From: Takakia lepidozioides
Lineage: Eukaryota > Plantae > Bryophyta
DNA: 64,000 nt
Assembly: GCA_030704615.1 (NCBI GenBank)
Contig: CM060733.1
Span: 24,986,001 to 25,050,000 of the forward strand
Direction: 5' to 3'
The notes beneath the pieces are model-generated. The model ran no database searches. It had not been told where the DNA came from and was given only the letters and a program-made list of their open reading frames with translations. Below, in pieces: positions 52,932 through 64,000 of the stretch; within the stretch, counting starts at the first letter, position 1; each line of letters opens with the position of its first letter. The translations under genes were made by a program, and so were the position numbers.

Positions 52932-55900
52932 TGTCGCGCACCTCACTTTGGTAAACTCCCCTTCAAGTCATAATTACTCGCTTTGGTGCATGCGCCTAAC
53001 TCCCTAACTGGCCGCCGGGCCAACTCGGAGCTTCGGCTGCTCACCGGGACATAACGGTCCCCCTTTACTTCTCCACAAGACCCTCTCCCAATTTGGGCCT
53101 TGTGGAAATTCCCTTTGGTCGATGGCAGTCCGGAATAGCTCCCCACACTTTGGTCGCTTTCCGGCTCGCACGCTTACTCACTAGTTTTTGGTCACCAACG
53201 GGCTTGCACCGTTCTCGGGGTTACTACTCCCTATATATACTTTTGTGACTGTCCGCGGGGGTTTCACAAACAACATCACCATTTTATGGCGAACCACCAC
53301 GAAAACCCTCGATTCCCGGTGATGAGTCGCGGTGAGTCTTGGCCCACCCACCACGGTCCCCTTGGACCATGATGAGTCCCAAGACTCCCCACGATTCCCA
53401 CCACAAGGTCTCTGCCCCCATGGTGAGTCATATGCCACCCCCACTAAGTCCCACTAAGCTACCACCACCCCTTGTGGAGCCACCCCCACCGCAACTCGGT
53501 GTGCGGGGCTCCACCTAGTGAGTGCCTCCACCTCCTTGAGTGCCTTGGGCACTCAAGGTTGCTTCAGCCCCCCATACCTATTGCTGCCACCGGCCCCACC
53601 ACAGGGGCAGCCCCTCTGCATCCCGACCCCCTGCCCTCAAGGCAAAGGGCCGCGACACATACCCCTACCAACAGGAAGTCGATGTCCTCATCGACTTGTC
53701 CATTTTGTAGAAACGAACATCCAAGTTGTGGCGTCCCACATCAAGGAGTTTGTTTCCGTACCGTGGCGTCCCATGGCAAAGAACCAAACCCCCACTTGAC
53801 TCTACTCTCCACTAGCTAGTTCGGCCAACTTCCTCCAAGTCCCGGCCAAGGGTGGAATCTCTCAAGCTTCTCCCAGTGCACTCTTCTTGGCCCACTTCAA
53901 GGCCAAGGAACAATCCTCCCCGAAGATCGAATCGCCTTATTGCAACAACATTTGCTTGCGACCGCTCGTGATGCCACTTTTTGGGCATCACCTTGAGCAA
54001 GGGTTCACCTTGAACCCTTTTTGACTAGGAAGATAACCTTGAACCAACCGTGCGCCCCAATCACTATAATTGGGTCTGCCTTGGAATGCTGACCTGAGGT
54101 ACGGGAACACGCCGAAGCTGCACTACGACTTCGTCTCGAGGCTACATGATTATAGTACGTGAACGGAAGCACGTAGCTTCCGCGTTAGCCCGCACTACAA
54201 GGCAACCCCCTCGGTAGCGCAGTTATAGTACGCGCACGCGCCAGGTGCGCACTAGCACGTGAACTCCCAAAGAAGACGCAAGTTTTCTTGCCCCTTGGAT
54301 GGAAGTCACCCGATTTCGGCACTGCGCAAACACACGATTAATCCAATTTATCTCTCCCATTTTTGTAAGCTAGCATGCATTCTACACACTTAGCCAACCA
54401 TACCATGCATCACCATATAAAATAGGAAGCACAACATTTGGAAAACCATTTCATTTATAACAAAATTTGTACAATACAAGTTTTTGCAATCAGATTCCTA
54501 AGCTAGCTAAGCCAGGCTAAGCATGCATTTCCTCCTCCACGCTCTAAGATTGATGTCCCCATCAATGCTTCTTCCGCTTTTGAGGTCGCCCTTCGAAAGC
54601 TGCAACCGCCTCGGATGCGTTTCCCATTTCTGAGGCACGCACCCAAGATGTCTCCACATGATGATAGCCCTTCCATTTCACGAGATACTCCGTTTCTCAA
54701 TTCTTGAACCTCCTCGACTTAAACACTGCCTCCACCTCGTACTCAGATTCATTTCCATGATCCAACAGCACAGGTGGCAGACGCAACACTTGATGCCGAT
54801 TCGGACGCGCTTCATCTTTGAAGTAAGGCTTCAAAAGGGAGACGTGAAATACCGGATGCACCTTGCTGTTTGCCGGCAGCTCCAATTCATACACATCCTC
54901 ATTCATAACCTTCCGGATGCGAAAGGGTCTCGCATACGGAGGTACGAATTTCGGACTCACTTCCGGAGGTAGTCGAAAATTCTTGATGTTCAACCAGACC
55001 TCCGTGCCTGCCTCAAACTTAACCTCCATCCACTTCCGATTCGCCTGCCGTTCATACCGTTTCCTAGCTTTGGCAATGTTGTACTTTGCGAGCTTCAACA
55101 AACGCTCGCGTTCTTCCAGCACTGCCACTGCTGCCGGTTCCTCAACGTCCTGGGCGGCCCAACTTGTCGGCACCAAAGGTGCTTTTTCATAGACCAATAC
55201 GAAGGGGGAAACTCCCGTTGCGGAGTGTTTTGTGTTATTATAACAGTACTCTGCCGCATCCAAGTACTCCACCTAGTCCGATTGATCCGCCGACACGTAA
55301 TTCCGCAAGATCTGCTTCACCGCCTCACAAGTTTAGGGTTTAGGGTTTAGGGTTTAGGGTTCCGAGACAATATCCTTTGGGAGTCCATGATGCTTGAAGA
55401 CGTGGGCGAAGTAAAGTCGCCCCGTCTCCTGCGCCGTTGCCGTCTCCTTGGTGGGGATGAAATGACCCATTTTACTGAACCTATCCACCACCACCATGAT
55501 TGCATCGAATCTTTTTGACAGCGGTATAGCAGTCATGAAGTCCATCGAGACACTTTCCCAAGATCCCTCAGCCCCGCTTGCATTTTGTACTCGCTCCGGT
55601 TTTGTTGGCATGTGGTGCATGTCTTGACATACTCCTTGGCCTCCTCCCTCAGTTTGGGCCAGAAATACTCTTTCTTCAGGAGTGCCGCGGTGCGCTTAGC
55701 TCCGCCATGGCCCGCAAACGGGTCATCATGGCATTCTCTCAAGAGACTATCTCTGATCCCTCCCATCCGCACATAGAGACGTTTTTGCTTATACCGGAGC
55801 ATTCCATTTTGTAAGTGGAACTGCAATTTAATCCCCATCCTCAAGTCCCGCATCATGGACTTCGTCATCTCATCCTTCCGGTAAGCCTTCAAGATTTTCC

Positions 55901-58281
55901 TCTGGAGCGCCGTCTCGCCCTTGTACACTAACATGAGCTACTGCTTTCTACTTAAAGCATCGGCCACCACATTGTCCCGTCCCGGTTTGTACTGGACATC
56001 CACGTCGAACACCGCCAAAGTGTCTTGCCACCTAAGTTGTTTTAGGGACAACTTAGGCTGCGTGGCAAAATACTTCACCGTGACATTGTCCGTGAACACC
56101 TTCAACGGGTTGGAACCAACATAGTGGCGCCAAAGCTCAAGCAATGCACCACCGCCTTCATCTCTTTCTCATGCGTTGGCCATCGTCGCTCTACTTCATT
56201 CAGTTTCTTACTTTCATAAGCCACTAAACGTCCATCTTACATGAGTACACCTCCAATCGCGAAGTCCGACGCATCCGTATGAATCTCAAATGGGTGGTCG
56301 AACTCCGGGATTTTCAGGACTAGAGTTTCCGCCATCCGTTGCTTCAACTCGGCAAAAGCTTGGCCACAAAAGGTGTTCCATACCCATACTTTGGATTTAC
56401 ACAGAAGGTCTGACAACCGCCCCGCGATCTTGGCGAAATTTCTCACATACTTTCGGTAATAGGAGGCGAGTCCTAAGAAGGATCGCACTCCCGGGACCGA
56501 AATCGGAGGCTCCCAGTCCAAGATCGCCCTCACCTTTCTGTCATCCATTTTTATCCCATCTTGTGTAATCATATGCCCCAGGAACTCCACTTTTGTGACC
56601 CCGAATTCGCACTTTGAAGCTTTGGCATACAGCTTCCCTTCCCGTAATTTCAAGAACACCCTTTTGAGGTGCTCCCGGTCCTTTTCCTTTGTTTTCGAGT
56701 ACACCAGTATGTCGTCGATGTATATGATCACAAAGTCATCCAACCACTCCTGGAAAAGACTGTTCATTAGCGTGCTAAAAGTCGCGGGTGCGTTGGTGAG
56801 CCCAAAAGACATCACCAAGAACTCATACAAACCATATCTTGTCCTGCACGCGGTCTTCTCCTCATCTCCTTCCGCCACTCGGATCTGATGATACCCGGAG
56901 CGCAAATCGATCCGGCTGAAATACTTCGCTCCTGCCAACCGATCGAAGAGGTCGTCGATCCTTGGCAAAGGGTACCGGTTCTTGATAGTCACCTTATTCA
57001 GGGCCCTGTAATCGACACACATCCGCAGCGTCCCATCCTTCTTGTCTGCGAATAGCACTAGGGGTCTGTAAGGTGACTTACTCGGCCAGATGTACCCCTT
57101 TGACATTAGATCCTTGAGCTGAGTCTTCAGATCGACCAACTCTCTGTGGCTCAACCGGTAGGGCACCTTGGCAGGCGGCTCTGATCCCGGTATCACCTTA
57201 AACTTTGTGGTCAACTCCCCTTCGCGGTGGCAAGCCGCTCGGTAAATCCTCCGGCATCACATCTTGGTATTTCTCCAAAATCCCCTTGATCCAATTTAGG
57301 CTTGGCTCCCCATCGCCTTCCCCCTTCACTTGTCTTACATAAAGCAAAAACTGGGGCTCGTGTGACTCCTCCACGGCCCACTCCCTTGCTGACAAAAGGT
57401 TTATTCGCCCTTCCACGGGGTTGGGCGTTTCCGACACTCGTAAAACTTCGCCACCATTCCCACACGATAGCGTGACTACTCTCTTGCGGCCATCTATGAC
57501 CGCTCCGGATCTGCTAAAAAAGGTCATCCCCAAAATGAGATCCACTCCATCGATCTCGCAAATGGTGAAGTTCTCACGTCCCTCCCAACTCCCCAACTGA
57601 AGAGGAACATTGAACGCCAACCTCGTCGCCAATTGTGGTTCTCCTTTAGCAGAACGCACCTCAATCGAGGCCCCCACATCGGTTGCTCACCGGGACATAA
57701 CGGTCCCCCTTTACCTCTCCACAAGACCCTCTCCCAATTTGGGCCTAGTGGAAATTCCTTTTGGTCAATGGCAGTCCGGAATAGCTCCCCACACCTTGGT
57801 CGCTTTCCGGCTGGCACGCTTACTCACTAGTTTTTGGTCACCAACGGGCTTGCACCGTTCTCGGGGTTACTACTCCCTATATATACTTCTGTGACTATCC
57901 GCGGGGGTTTCACAAACAACATCACCATTTTATGGCGAACCACCACGAAAACCCTCGATTCCCGGTGATGAGTCGCGGTGAGTCTTGGCCCACCCACCAC
58001 GGTCCCCTTGGACCGTGATGAGTCCCAAGACTCCCCACGACTCCCACCACAAGGTCTCCGCCCCCATGGTGAGTCCTATGCCACCCCCACTAAGTCCTAC
58101 TAAGCTACCACCACCCCTTGTGGTGCCACCCCCACCGCAACCCGATGTGCGGGGCTCCACCTAGTGAGTGCCTCCGCCTCCGTTGCTTCAGCCCCCCATA
58201 CCTATTGCTGCCACCGCCCCCACCACAGGGGCAGCCCCTCTGCATCCCGACCCCCTGCCCTCAAGGCAAAGGGCCGCGACA
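52932..58281 (-). mobile_element. Ty3/Gypsy chromovirus (Tcn1-like) nested in the Copia RT, with gag/PBS deleted
   Basis: 3' LTR 52932-53657, truncated 5' LTR about 57679-58281, TSD GTTTG/GTTTA. Protease DLILG, RT YIDDIL, RNaseH TDASD, integrase zinc finger and GPY/F region, and chromodomain EYEVEAV...YLVKWKGY (about 54590-54745). Confidence 0.95.
55331..55361 (+). repeat. Interstitial telomeric repeat (TTTAGGG)4
   Basis: Four perfect plant-type telomere units inside the chromovirus integrase. Confidence 0.9.
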
Positions 58282-61200
58282 GTTTATCTGTAGAACCATC
58301 TGCTTTTCTCTTCACACGATAAACCCATTTGGCAGTTATCGGCCTCTTTCCAAGAGGAAGATCGACTAGTTGCCAAGTCTGATTCTTATAAATAGAATCA
58401 ATCTCCTGTTGCATGGCTTCTTTCCACCCAGAAGATTTAGATGTCTCCTCAAAATTAGCCGGCTCAGAAAGGACCTCTACCGCATTCACATAATCATCCA
58501 TTAGATATGCAGGTTTCTTCGTTGTTCTATTGGATCTTCTAGGTTGGATAACCTCTTCCTCTTGAACTCGTCTCTGTTGTAGCCGATGGAACAATTTCCA
58601 GATTTATAGGAGCAGATTCATGGTCCTGTGCCTATGTCATAATTGTGTCATCATCAGTGACAAGTTTCATGTCAGGCAGAGATGGATCTATCGGCAAATC
58701 CACACGAATGTCAATGTCAAGTGGTGACTCAGGTATATTGTTGGGAATGATGGATATAATAGCAGGATCTTCTGTGGAGATAACATCTTGTACAATAATC
58801 GATTCTTCCTCATCAAAATGGACATCCTTGCTGATAATAACCTTACGAGAAGATGAGTTGTACAGCCTGTATCCCTTTGTTGACCGATCATAGCCAACAA
58901 ATATACATTTGATTGATTTAGAATCTAGTTTGCCTATGTCTTCCTTGGCAATGTGAACATAAGCAGGGCATCCAAAGATATGAAGCTGGCTTAAGTTAGG
59001 TTTTTCACCTGAGAATTTCTCGTATGGAGTCACACCTGAGTTTGCTCTCGTCGGGGAGCGATTTAATAAGTATGCCGCAGTATTTACAACTTCTATCCAT
59101 ATGAGCCTACGTATATCTTTTTCCAAAATCATGTTTCGGGCGTATTCAAGCAAAGTGCGATTCTTACGTTTTGCGACTCCATTTTGATGCGGCGTACGAG
59201 ATTGAGTTAATTGACGTTGAATGCCATGTGTATTGCAATAGTCCACAAAATCTTGAGAGATGAACTCTCCTCCACGATTAGTGCGCAAACATTTGATCCG
59301 TTTTTCAGTGGCTGTCTCAATCATCTCCTTAAAGATTCAAAATTTCTTAAGTGCTTCATCATTGCTCTTTAGAAAATATACCCAAGTCATCCTGCTGAAG
59401 TCATCTGTGACAGCCATGAAATATTTTGATCCTGATAATGAAGCTGTACGCATAGGACCACAAAGATCTGTATGCACGAGATCGAGGATACCTTTAGCTC
59501 GATATTGGCTTTGTCGGGAAACCCTTTCTCTGTGTTGCTTTCCAACAAGACAGCCTGGACATGTCTTAGATAGAAGCGGCAACTCAGGCAAACCGGTAGC
59601 TTTGTTGCGATTTGACAGAAAATGCAAGCTTTGGAAATTCAGGTGGCCAAGGCGTTTGTGCCAGAGTCGTGCTGTTTGACAGATATCAACAGCTACATTT
59701 GCCTGTGTGCACATGTTGGACTCTAAACATGTTGCAATGTCCAATTTATAGAGCCCATTCATGGGATCTCTTACGCAACGAGCAACAATTTCCCTTGGTT
59801 GATGTTTGTCAACAATTAAGCATTTTCTAGTGCCAAAAATTGACAGATAACCAGTGTCAGCTAAAGCTCCAACAGAAATCAAATTTTTTTCGCAAGCCAG
59901 GAACGTATAAAACATTTGTGATGCATTTTATTGATCCGCTTGGGGAATGAAATTTTGCATGACCTTTTCCTTTCACACTGTGGTGATGTCCTCCGGCAGA
60001 CTTGACTCTAGAAGAATTGGCAATCTCTCAGATGTTATGCAAAAGATTTTTGTTTCCAGCAACATGTTTGCTAGCACCAGAATCAACGTACCACTCTTTG
60101 TCATCTTCTTCCGTAAAAGAAAGAGCAAGAGCCTCTTGCTCAGCTTCCATACAAGCAGTCGCCGCTTCAAGCATCTCAACGGTGGTTTCTGAAGCGTCAT
60201 TCTCGTACTGCTCGTTTGGTTCACAATCCTCTTCTACCGCGTTCACTTGTTTGGCTCGTTGTTTGAGAATTTCTTCATATGGCATAGCACAATGTTTTGC
60301 CCAGTGCCCAAACCTTCCGCATCGGTTGCACCTGCTTCGCTTCTTGTCAAATGCTTGTTTCCCACCTCCAAGCTCATTGTCATCGTCAAAGTGTTTGCGA
60401 GCATGGGATAACTTCCGAAATTTAACCCATAATGCTTCCTCGTCCTTCTTCTTGTTGCGGAGTTCACGTCTACTTTCTTCATGAAGAAGCTTAGCTATAA
60501 GCTCTTCCATAGATGGAAGGTCCCTATGATTGAGTATTGACTGCACATAAAACTCGTAGCTTTCAGGGAGAGCATTTAATACCATTTCCACAATGATATC
60601 ATCAGAAATTTTCTCACCAAATCCCGCAAGTTGATTCAGGAGATCTTTGACACTTTCTAGGAAGCTCTCCATTGGAGCATCTTCCTCCATCTTGAGGTTC
60701 GTCAGTTTGTTCCTAATGAGTAATCTATGAGAAGAGGCTTTGACCTCATACAGCCTTGACAGGGTGTCCCAAATCTCCTTGGGTTCTCGCAGGTTTTGGA
60801 TGTAAGGGATGATCTTGTCTAAGACAGACAAGTTTATGATCGTCAGAGCCCTTCTTTTATGACGATCGAAAACCTCTTCTTCACCTTCACCTGACCATGT
60901 GACATCCTCTTCTACAAAGTCAAGAAGATCTTCTCTCATAAGAATATTACGAATCTTAAACTTCCAGACACTGTAGTTTGACTAACCTATAAGCTTATTG
61001 GCCTCAGTGATAGAGTTTTCTACGAGATGAGACGTGATGGAAACGATTTCTGAGAACGCGTCAACGGTCAGATAGACACTACGACAGTCTACAGATACTC
61101 TATTGTTTTGGAGCAGTGCTCCACAAAGACTTTAAAAAAAATGATGAAGACTCCCTATCTACAACAACGTACGGATGGTGGAGTAGTGCTACACACCAGA

Positions 61201-62782
61201 GGTTTTCCTAGTACCTCTAATACTTTCAGCATTCCCACGGTCCCCTTCTGACTAGCTCTAATACCATGATAAAATGAAGAGCACTATACAGCCAAGGATC
61301 TAGAACCGGAATACTCCATGCTTGGGAGGAAGGCCAGCAATATATACAAATCGCACCGCTAAGCTTACTAAATGTAAAAGGCTCAATAAAGTAGAAGAGC
61401 CAAAGAATACCAACTACTCCTATGTAGTCAATAATTGTGCTCCTATACAGTCGGTGATCATGTGGACATCACTAAAGTTCGTTTAATTAGCCAGACGGTG
61501 CGCTGCAGGAAGGTATGATAATTCTAGCATTTCTGTGGTTATTGATGGTTCTCGTGGTCGTTCTGATGGCAGGCTTCTTAAAGTAACTCATGTCCAACCT
61601 CTCCATTACATGCAGAATGTCCGCCCAAAGATCACAGAAACAGGTCATTTTGGTGCCCCGAATAGCCACCACATAATGTGGCACGCCGTCCAGATCGGGT
61701 CGCGGCACACCCTCCAAATCAAGTTGTGGGACCAATCCGATTCGTCGAAGGACTATATATTAATCGGATAGTACACTCGGATCTACCAGCATTAAGGATG
61801 TCTTTTCAAGATGACCCATCATGTCTCAAGTCTTGCATTTCGTAGCCTAACTCCTCTATTCTTCAATACAGCAGAGTCAGACCTTCCTCCATCGAATTCG
61901 TACACTTGTTTGATGAGAGCAGACAGAACCTTCATTCTGTTCATTTCAGGTTGAGTCAGCGTGGTAGGCGGCTTACTTTCGCTCTCCTCCGCCTTTCGAA
62001 TATGTTCATGCAATGCGACCCCTCCAAAAAAAAGTAAAGCCTCAGACCCCATCGACTATCCTTCAAGAACTTCTTCAATGTGTTAATGCTGCACATGCAG
62101 GGCCAAAAAGTCTCCTTCAACTAAGTGAAAATTTCTGCGACAAATGTCTACAAAACCACAAGTCCCTTTAAAATTCACTCATCAGCTATGGATACTTTCA
62201 ATCGCTCACATCTCAAGAACAGAATGATGTCGACCAGAGCCACCAAGGTTGGAAAGCCCCTCCACAGAGATGACAGCAAACATACTCTCTCGGCAGACAC
62301 GGCTTGCGTTAAGTACCACAGCCAGCATATATGGTACTGATTATTCAGCCTGCCTTCTAGTTTCTTTGGCCACTTTTCTTTGATCAACAGCTAACAACAG
62401 CTTGTTGTCTAGTAGCTTGGTTATGCGACCCAGGCCCAGGTTTTTAGGTAGCCTGGACCGATCTCTTTCTGTTCTTAGTTCTATGTTCATTGGTTGGTCC
62501 GGCTTGTTGGGCCTGCCTTCTCTACTTTAGTTAGTAACTCCTGGAGCTTAGCTTCCTGATTTCCTTAGGGCTTCAGGTGCTAGTTCTTAGAACTAGGTGG
62601 TTTAAGCTTGTCATTGGTGGCTGGTTAAGGTGTTACCATATCCCTCAAAGATGTAAGCCTTATGGCCCTCTGTTCTGGTTATTTTTTCGAGAACTCCTTT
62701 ATTAATGTGAAGAATATATAGGCTTCCTCCCCTTTTTATTAAAAAAATAAAAAGAAACAATAACAAAAAGGCGTAGAGCCTA

Positions 62783-63060
62783 GTCAGTTGTTTTGGGGAC
62801 AACTTAGGTTGCATGGCAAAATACTTCACCGTGACATTGTCCGTGAACACCTTCACCGGGTTTGAACCAACCTAGTGGCGCCAAAGCTCAAGGCAATGCA
62901 CCACCGCAGGCTTCATTTCTTTCTCGTGTGTAGGCCACCGTCGCTCCACTTCATTCAGTTTCTTACTTTCATAAGCCACTGGACGTCCATCCTGCATTAG
63001 TACACCTCCAATCGCGAAGTCCGATGCATCCGTATGAATCTCAAATGGACGGTCGAACTT
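62783..63060 (-). mobile_element. Second chromovirus RNaseH fragment
   Basis: Highly similar to 56030-56305 ([17 protein letters not shown]...KVFTDNVTVKYF). Confidence 0.9.
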
Positions 63061-63836
63061 TGCATGGCGAGGACTGTGCGATTCTCTGTGTGATTCTCTT
63101 TTACTCCATCTAGTACATTAGGATTCGCAAGATTAAATCATAACTAGTATTAATTTCATCTCGTTTATCATGTCTAATGAGTCCCGTGTAGAATGTTCTC
63201 GAGGGATTTTCATTTTAGGAGTTCCCACATGCGATGATCATATGGGGGAATCGACTCAAAGAGTTGTTTACCAGTGATCATCAAGAGTACAGATTGTGTA
63301 AATTGTATGGTCGTTTTTAGATATCCAACGGGGTAGGTAATACGTCGTTATGGAGGTTTAAAGACTGTCATGAAGATCGGGTCTGACCAAACTCTCCCCA
63401 GAATTTGAAGTCTTATTAGTTCACAGAGCCGGGCATCATTTGCACGAAGCTCGGATTATGCACCTTGCATATGCAGACCGGTTGCGCCCAGTCTGCGAAT
63501 TCCATTGTCGGCCTTTGCAAGTGAGTTATCATGACAACTTAATTATAAAGAGTCACAGCGGTGGTAGTGCAACTCGACACTTCTGCAGCCGAACGAGAAC
63601 ACCCCGAAGTATTATATTAGAAACGCGTATCATTTGTTCAAACCCAAGCAACAGTTGATGAATTCCTGTACAGCTTTATTTACCGGAAACATGAGGTATT
63701 TGAACATAGGATTTAGAAAAACCCAAAACTACATCTTACGCCAAAATGACATACGTCAGTCTTCGATCGAACTCTCTACTACGGAACTTCTGTGCAGGAC
63801 TGCCTTATCATTGTGTGGCAAAACGCATCGGCAAAA

Positions 63837-63955
63837 CGATCAGAGTGATCAGACTGATCAGAGTGCCTGATCAGAGTGATCACTGTGCTTTAGAGGCAGA
63901 GTGATCACTCGATCAGAGTGATGAGGCTTTAGAGGCAGGCACTCTGATCACTCGC
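63837..63955. repeat. Array of GATCAGAGTGAT / TGATCA motifs, probably a transposon subterminal region
   Basis: About 8 (T/C)GATCA cores in both orientations, plus GCTTTAGAGGCAG twice. Confidence 0.6.
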
Positions 63956-64000
63956 TGGCAATTCTTCGACGCACTTGTCTACTTCTTTCCCCCGCCACCG

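Larger units (their letters stand above)
51269..61529 (-). mobile_element. Ty1/Copia LTR retrotransposon, full length but decayed
   Basis: 263-bp TG..CA LTRs (51269-51531, 61267-61529) and TSD TTTCT. PBS TGGTATTAGAGC (tRNA-Met-like), with a PPT next to 51532. Gag CCHC, protease WYVDSGAS, integrase HTDLCGP, RT LKQAPRAW and RNaseH ADVLTK, with stops and frameshifts. Confidence 0.97.
51031..62060 (-). pseudogene. Class-3 lipase / alpha-beta hydrolase split by the Copia element
   Basis: YVVAIRGT...DLWAD...NHRN (61535-61735) continues in register across the TSD into AYVCVTGHSLGAAFG...ETHLFN (51140-51268). Additional frameshifts are present. Confidence 0.8.

Noticed and set aside
55331-55361. True chromosome end or telomerase RNA template
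   Set aside because: Only four units, with continuous retroelement sequence on both sides and no USE/TATA promoter.
57671-57682. Second snRNA USE (CCCACATCG)
   Set aside because: It lies in the chromovirus protease/LTR junction, with no TATA or RNA gene downstream.

Overview
Eukaryotic nuclear DNA from a plant. The evidence is GT-AG introns, a plant-type USE/TATA snRNA promoter and a TTTAGGG telomere motif. The Tcn1-like chromovirus and RTEX-like LINEs suggest a non-seed plant, probably bryophyte-grade (inference). The window is TE-dense and pseudogene-rich. Only two loci look intact: a 13-exon purple acid phosphatase gene (44156-50338, +, about 655 aa) and a U2 snRNA gene (-), which lies head-to-head with a broken CWC24/RNF113A gene. 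Disrupted genes are a MULE-SWIM transposase-like gene, a POB1/LRB-type BTB-BACK gene, plastid-type HSP70, CWC24, an S28 prolyl carboxypeptidase exon and a class-3 lipase. Mobile DNA includes a full-length Copia element with a nested, internally deleted chromovirus, plus Harbinger, hAT, mariner-like and piggyBac-like non-autonomous elements, a tRNA-derived SINE and many RTEX-like LINE 3' ends. Five observations stand out: (1) a (CT)n-targeting LINE stacked on its own tail, with a recurring dimer junction; (2) a TTAA/CCC piggyBac-type element in a plant; (3) a hAT element carrying a ribosomal-protein eL27 exon; (4) four telomere repeats replacing the integrase core of the chromovirus; (5) the compact U2/CWC24 divergent promoter with short USE-TATA spacing. 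All calls were made by eye without database searches. No CRISPR or prokaryotic system is supported.
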